Source of the DNA: Candidatus Multivoradales bacterium
GTDB taxonomy: Bacteria > Acidobacteriota > Thermoanaerobaculia > Multivoradales > Multivoraceae
Assembly: GCA_965223325.1 (NCBI GenBank)
Contig: CBDCWI010000001.1
Location: 1,664,001-1,728,000 of the forward strand
Length of the DNA stretch: 64,000 bases
Direction: 5' to 3'
Part shown: in pieces, positions 60,238 through 64,000 of the stretch
Numbering within the stretch: position 1 is the stretch's first letter
How the letters are laid out: the number at the start of each line of letters is the position of its first letter
Made by a program: the position numbers and the translations under genes
The notes under the pieces: model-generated
Told to the model about the DNA's origin: nothing
Database searches by the model: none
What the model saw: only the letters and a program-made list of their open reading frames with translations

Positions 60238-63145
60238 TCAGAAACGGATCTCGGCTCCGAAACGTGCCTGCCAGAGCGAACGGTTCTCGAGCAGGTCCGT
60301 CAAGCCCCGGTCCGTGAAGCTCTCATAGACGAACTGGCCGTCGTCGTTGACCGACGAGCGAACGACTTGCGGCGTGAAGAAGAAGGCGTCGTACACCTTG
60401 CCGTAGTCGTCGTCAATGAAGTTGCCCACGTTGTAGAGCCGCACGAAGAATCGCCCGTTCAACTTGCTGAAGCCCACCGGGAAGTCCTGGTAGACGCCGA
60501 GGTCGAAGCGGTTGCTCCAACGGGCATGCTGACCGTTGCGCTCGGTGAAGCCCGGCGAGAGACCCTCGCGCGAAACCCAGTCGAAGAAGTCGTTGGTCGC
60601 GAACCCGTCCGCGAAGACTACGTTCGGATCGTCGACGCCCGTCGGCACGTTGAGGAGGTGACGACCGAAGAAGCCGTCGCCCTCTAGATCACCCGACCCC
60701 ATCGCGAAGCTCTGCGGTTGACCTTCCTGGAGGTAGGCGAACACCGTGAAGCGAGTCTCGAAACCCTCGATGAAGTCCCGACCGATGCTGGCCCGCAGGC
60801 TGAAGCGGTTGGGCACCTCATAGTTCGAGGTTGCCGGGCGCGGGTTGTTGATGTCGAGAGTCGCCAGGTTGTCGAAGTTCGACCCGGCGACCGAGGAGGT
60901 CATCGGGCTGATGTCTTCCGAATCCGTGTAGGCGTAGCCGAGGGAGGCGTCCAGGCCCCAGTCCCAGCGCTTGGTCAACAGAACCGAGAGCACGTCGGAC
61001 GACGCGTCGAAGCTCGAGTTGGTCAGCATGAAGTTATCCCGACCGTTGACGTAGTCGTAGATGGGCGTTCCAGCCCGGGTGGTGCCCACGATCTCCTGCG
61101 ACAGGTCGACGTAGTAGGCCGAGTCGACCAGCTCGGTGTGCATGTAGTCGAAGTCCACCTGGTACCCGCTATCGAAGCGATAGGTGAGACCGGTGGAGTA
61201 CTTCCACTCCGAGGGCTGCTCATAGTTCGGGTCGATGAGAACCAGGAAGCTGGTGCTGGCACTGTCGGGCGGTGGTGTTACCGACCGTGTCGAACAGGCT
61301 CTGGGGAATGTCGTATCCGGGCCGGCTGCCGGTCAACGGAATCGAACCATCGAGTACCGAGCCGGTCGCACCGAAGTTGTTCAGACGGACCTGAACGTTG
61401 GTGAGGCCATCGTTACTCCACGCGTTCGAGATCCACACGTTGGGGTTACCGCCGGAGTACCGACCGACGCTACCGCGTACCGAGAGGCTGGGCCGCGGGT
61501 TCCAGGTCAGACCGAGTCGAGGCATGAGCAGATCGACACCGTCGATGTTGGCGTCGTTGCGAAGGCCACCGTTGGCATCGGTGAACGCCTGGTTGAAGTT
61601 CGGGCGATCGCTACTGTCGAAGAACTCGTAACGCAGACCGGCCACCAACGTCACGTCGACGTTGTCGAAGAAGACTTCGTCCTGGATGTAGATGGAGTTC
61701 AGCGTGTTGGCGAAGTTCGCCGCCGCGTCATCAGGGTTGTTCGTTCCACCACCGCTACCGTAGTAGATGCGGCTCGGACGCCCCAGCTCGTAGCGATCGA
61801 TACCCGACAGCCCGCAGGCGGGGTTGTCGAGTCGACCCTGCGCTGTCAGGCCAGCACAGAAGGCAGGGTTCCCCGTCGAGTCATCGAAGAAGTCGTACTC
61901 GCCACCGCGGGAGTGCTGCACGAACTGGTTGAAGATGGTGGTCTCCTTGGACTCGTAGCCAGCGGTGATGACGTTGTTGCCCAGCAGGAACTGGCCCGAG
62001 AGCTTGGCGTAGTCGGTCTCGGTGTTGAGCCGGTTGGCCTGGCGGGAGTCGTCGGCACCGAGATAGACGGTGTTGAATCCAACGCTGATCTGGAAGTCGG
62101 CAAAGTCCGGCGGACCCACCGTGACCTGCGAGTCATCCATCGTGTTGGCACTGAGGAAGAACTCGGTCGAGAAGTTGTTGGTCCACTGTGAGGTGATCTT
62201 CCCGGTGACCGTCTCGGATTCGGCACCCTTCACATAGAAGTGGTTGGCGAACTCGAACTCGTCCGGATCACCGTCGGAATCGCGATCCTGGAAGCCGTCG
62301 TAGTAGTTGTAGATCAACGCGGCGTTGTGCTTGGAATTGATGTTCCAATCCAGCCGGCCCATTGGCTTGTCCTCTTCCTGACCACCGTCACCCGGCTGCC
62401 CGCCGGGGTCGTAGGCGTAGACATCGTTGGCAACCGAAACGATGCGGTCGTAGTCAGTCTGCGAGAGCCAATCACGCTCCACTCCGATTCCCGAACCGTC
62501 GAAGCCTCGTGCGAGGAAACGCGGCGAGTCGGTGTTCTCGAAAGCCGAGAAGAAGTGCAGCCGATCCTCCACCAGGCGCCCACCGAGGGTGAACCCGGCC
62601 TTGCGCGAGTTGAACGGTGGCGTTCCGAAGTCACGCGAGTCGCCACCGAGCGAGTCACCGCGCATGTCGTCGTCAGTGTGCTCGTAGAACGCGTTGCCGT
62701 GGAACTCGTTCGAGCCCGACTTGGTGACTGCGTTGATGGTGCAGGCTGAGAAGCCGCCGTAGGTCACGTCGGCAGGAGCGAGCTCGACCGCGAGCTGGGC
62801 GATCGCATCGTAGGGGAAGGGCATGCCGACCGCGGTCGAGTAGCCATTGGAGTTGAGGCCGAACTCGTCGTTGGCGCCAACACCGTCCAGGGTGACGCTG
62901 TTGAACCGGGGATGTTTACCGGCGCAGTTGACCTCGAAGCCGTCGTCCTCGTTGTCGATGTTGACCCGGGGATCGATGCCGTAGACATCGGTGATGTCGC
63001 GGTTGAAGGCGACAGACGTCTCCATCTTGAAGCTGTCGAAGGTGGCCGCGGGACCGGTCGCCACTTCGACGAAATCGCGCGATGCCACGACCGTCACCGC
63101 CTCCGTGAGGGTCGTGTCACGGGTGATGGCCAGGTTGTAGATGTC
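60238..63145 (-). pseudogene. Oar-type TonB-dependent receptor, 5'-truncated and frameshifted
   Basis: Plug NSVTLDG, INAVTKSGSNEFHG, C-terminal EIRF; one extra base at 61267-61269 splits ORFs 61220..63217 and 60238..61158; no signal peptide. Confidence 0.85.
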
Positions 63146-63183
63146 GCGCGGCGATGCCGCGCCCAGTCGGGGGTAAGTTTTGA
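63145..63183 (-). repeat. REP-like hairpin motif, copy 2, upstream of the RAYT
   Basis: Minus strand TCAAAACTTACCCCC-GACTGG-GCGCGGCATCGCCGCGCG. Confidence 0.72.
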
Positions 63184-63323
63184 GCCGAAGTCGTGGTGCA
63201 GAGCCAGGCCTCGCCACCGACCTGACGTGTAGCCCGATTCACAAATGACAGTTGGTCGATGGCGAGGGTCATCCGCTAAGATGAGGCTCCCTGCTAGGCA
63301 TCGATGGCTCCGTGCGAAGAGTC

Positions 63324-64000
63324 ATGGCCCATCAACTGAGGTATGTCCCCACCGACGGAAGCGGTTGGGGAGTCGTCGAAGTGACGGTGCGCATCGTCAA
63401 TGGGTTCTTCCTGTTGGCGCCATCGTCCCACCTACGCGAACTGCTCATCGGGATCATCGGCCGCGCGCAGCGAAAGACCGAAATTCGGATCCACGCCCTG
63501 GACTACCAGGTCAATCACGCTCATCTATTGCTGAGCGCTCGCGACGCCCAGCAGCTGGCGGATTTCATGCGGCGTATTCAGCACCAGACGAGTGTGGAAC
63601 TGCGGATCCTGCGAGGGTGGAAGGGGCCGAAGTGGGAAGGACCGTACAAAACGTCGTTCCCCGGTCACGCAAAGAAGGACCTCTGCCGTCGTTTCCGCTA
63701 CATCCTTGCCCAGGGCTGCAAGGCGGGGTTGGTGTCCTCTCCTCGGAAGTGGCCAGGAGTGTCGGTGGCGGAGGCGCTCTGGTCAGGGACCTTCGAGCTC
63801 GAGGGCACCTGGGTCGACCGTTCGGCCCTTCGTCGTGCCCGTTTCTCGAAGGCGGGGCGTCGCTTGAGCGAGAAGGACTTCTCGAGCCGCGAGACGGTCG
63901 TTTTGTCGAAGCTTCCGTGCTTCGAGGACCTCCCTGACGAGGCATACTTCGACTGGTCCCGCGGCATGATTGTAGAGATCGAGGACGAGACCCGGGCGCG
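63324..64000 (+). mobile_element. REP-associated tyrosine transposase (RAYT)/IS200-like Y1 HUH transposase, partial (runs off right edge)
   Basis: Absent from ORF track. Manual translation MAHQLRYVP..VEVTVR..IHALDYQVNHAHLLL..FMR..WEGPY..RYILAQGCKAGLVSSPRKWPGVS; HUH motif and catalytic Tyr, no stop to 64000. Confidence 0.85.

Noticed and set aside
63146-63937. ORF-track start at 63217 for the TonB receptor, and ORF 63245..63937
   Set aside because: The first is read-through of the hairpin region; the second is an alternate frame of the transposase.

Overview
High-GC bacterial chromosomal window whose gene repertoire (Ser/Thr kinase with beta-propeller, PQQ dehydrogenase, Oar-type TonB receptor, sulfatase-like hydrolase) suggests an Acidobacteriota-like diderm; the taxonomy is inference. 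Housekeeping content: ilvE-ilvB-ilvN-ilvC-leuA operon, SNF2 helicase plus leuB, two PilT-family ATPases, RdgC-like protein, uppP, FKBP PPIase, OmpR-type and NtrY/NtrX-like two-component systems, dinB, sugar ABC plus myo-inositol oxygenase, Lhr helicase, troABCD-like metal ABC transporter. Items that the ORF track misses or does not explain: (1) an intact-looking REP-associated/IS200-like Y1 transposase running off the right edge, a decayed second copy, and a ~38-nt hairpin motif present twice in inverted orientation, one copy exactly at the truncation point of a TonB receptor, with an Lsa-like ABC-F gene and its ~550-nt structured leader between the copies; (2) a LysM protein with a polymorphic-toxin-like C-terminus coupled to a putative immunity gene; (3) a complete Leu/Val/Ile leader-peptide attenuator; (4) a double-GNAT protein resembling N-myristoyltransferase; (5) a PilT with an MshEN-like N-terminus; (6) recurrent leaderless-mRNA promoter geometry. 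All family calls come from motif recognition by eye; no searches were run.
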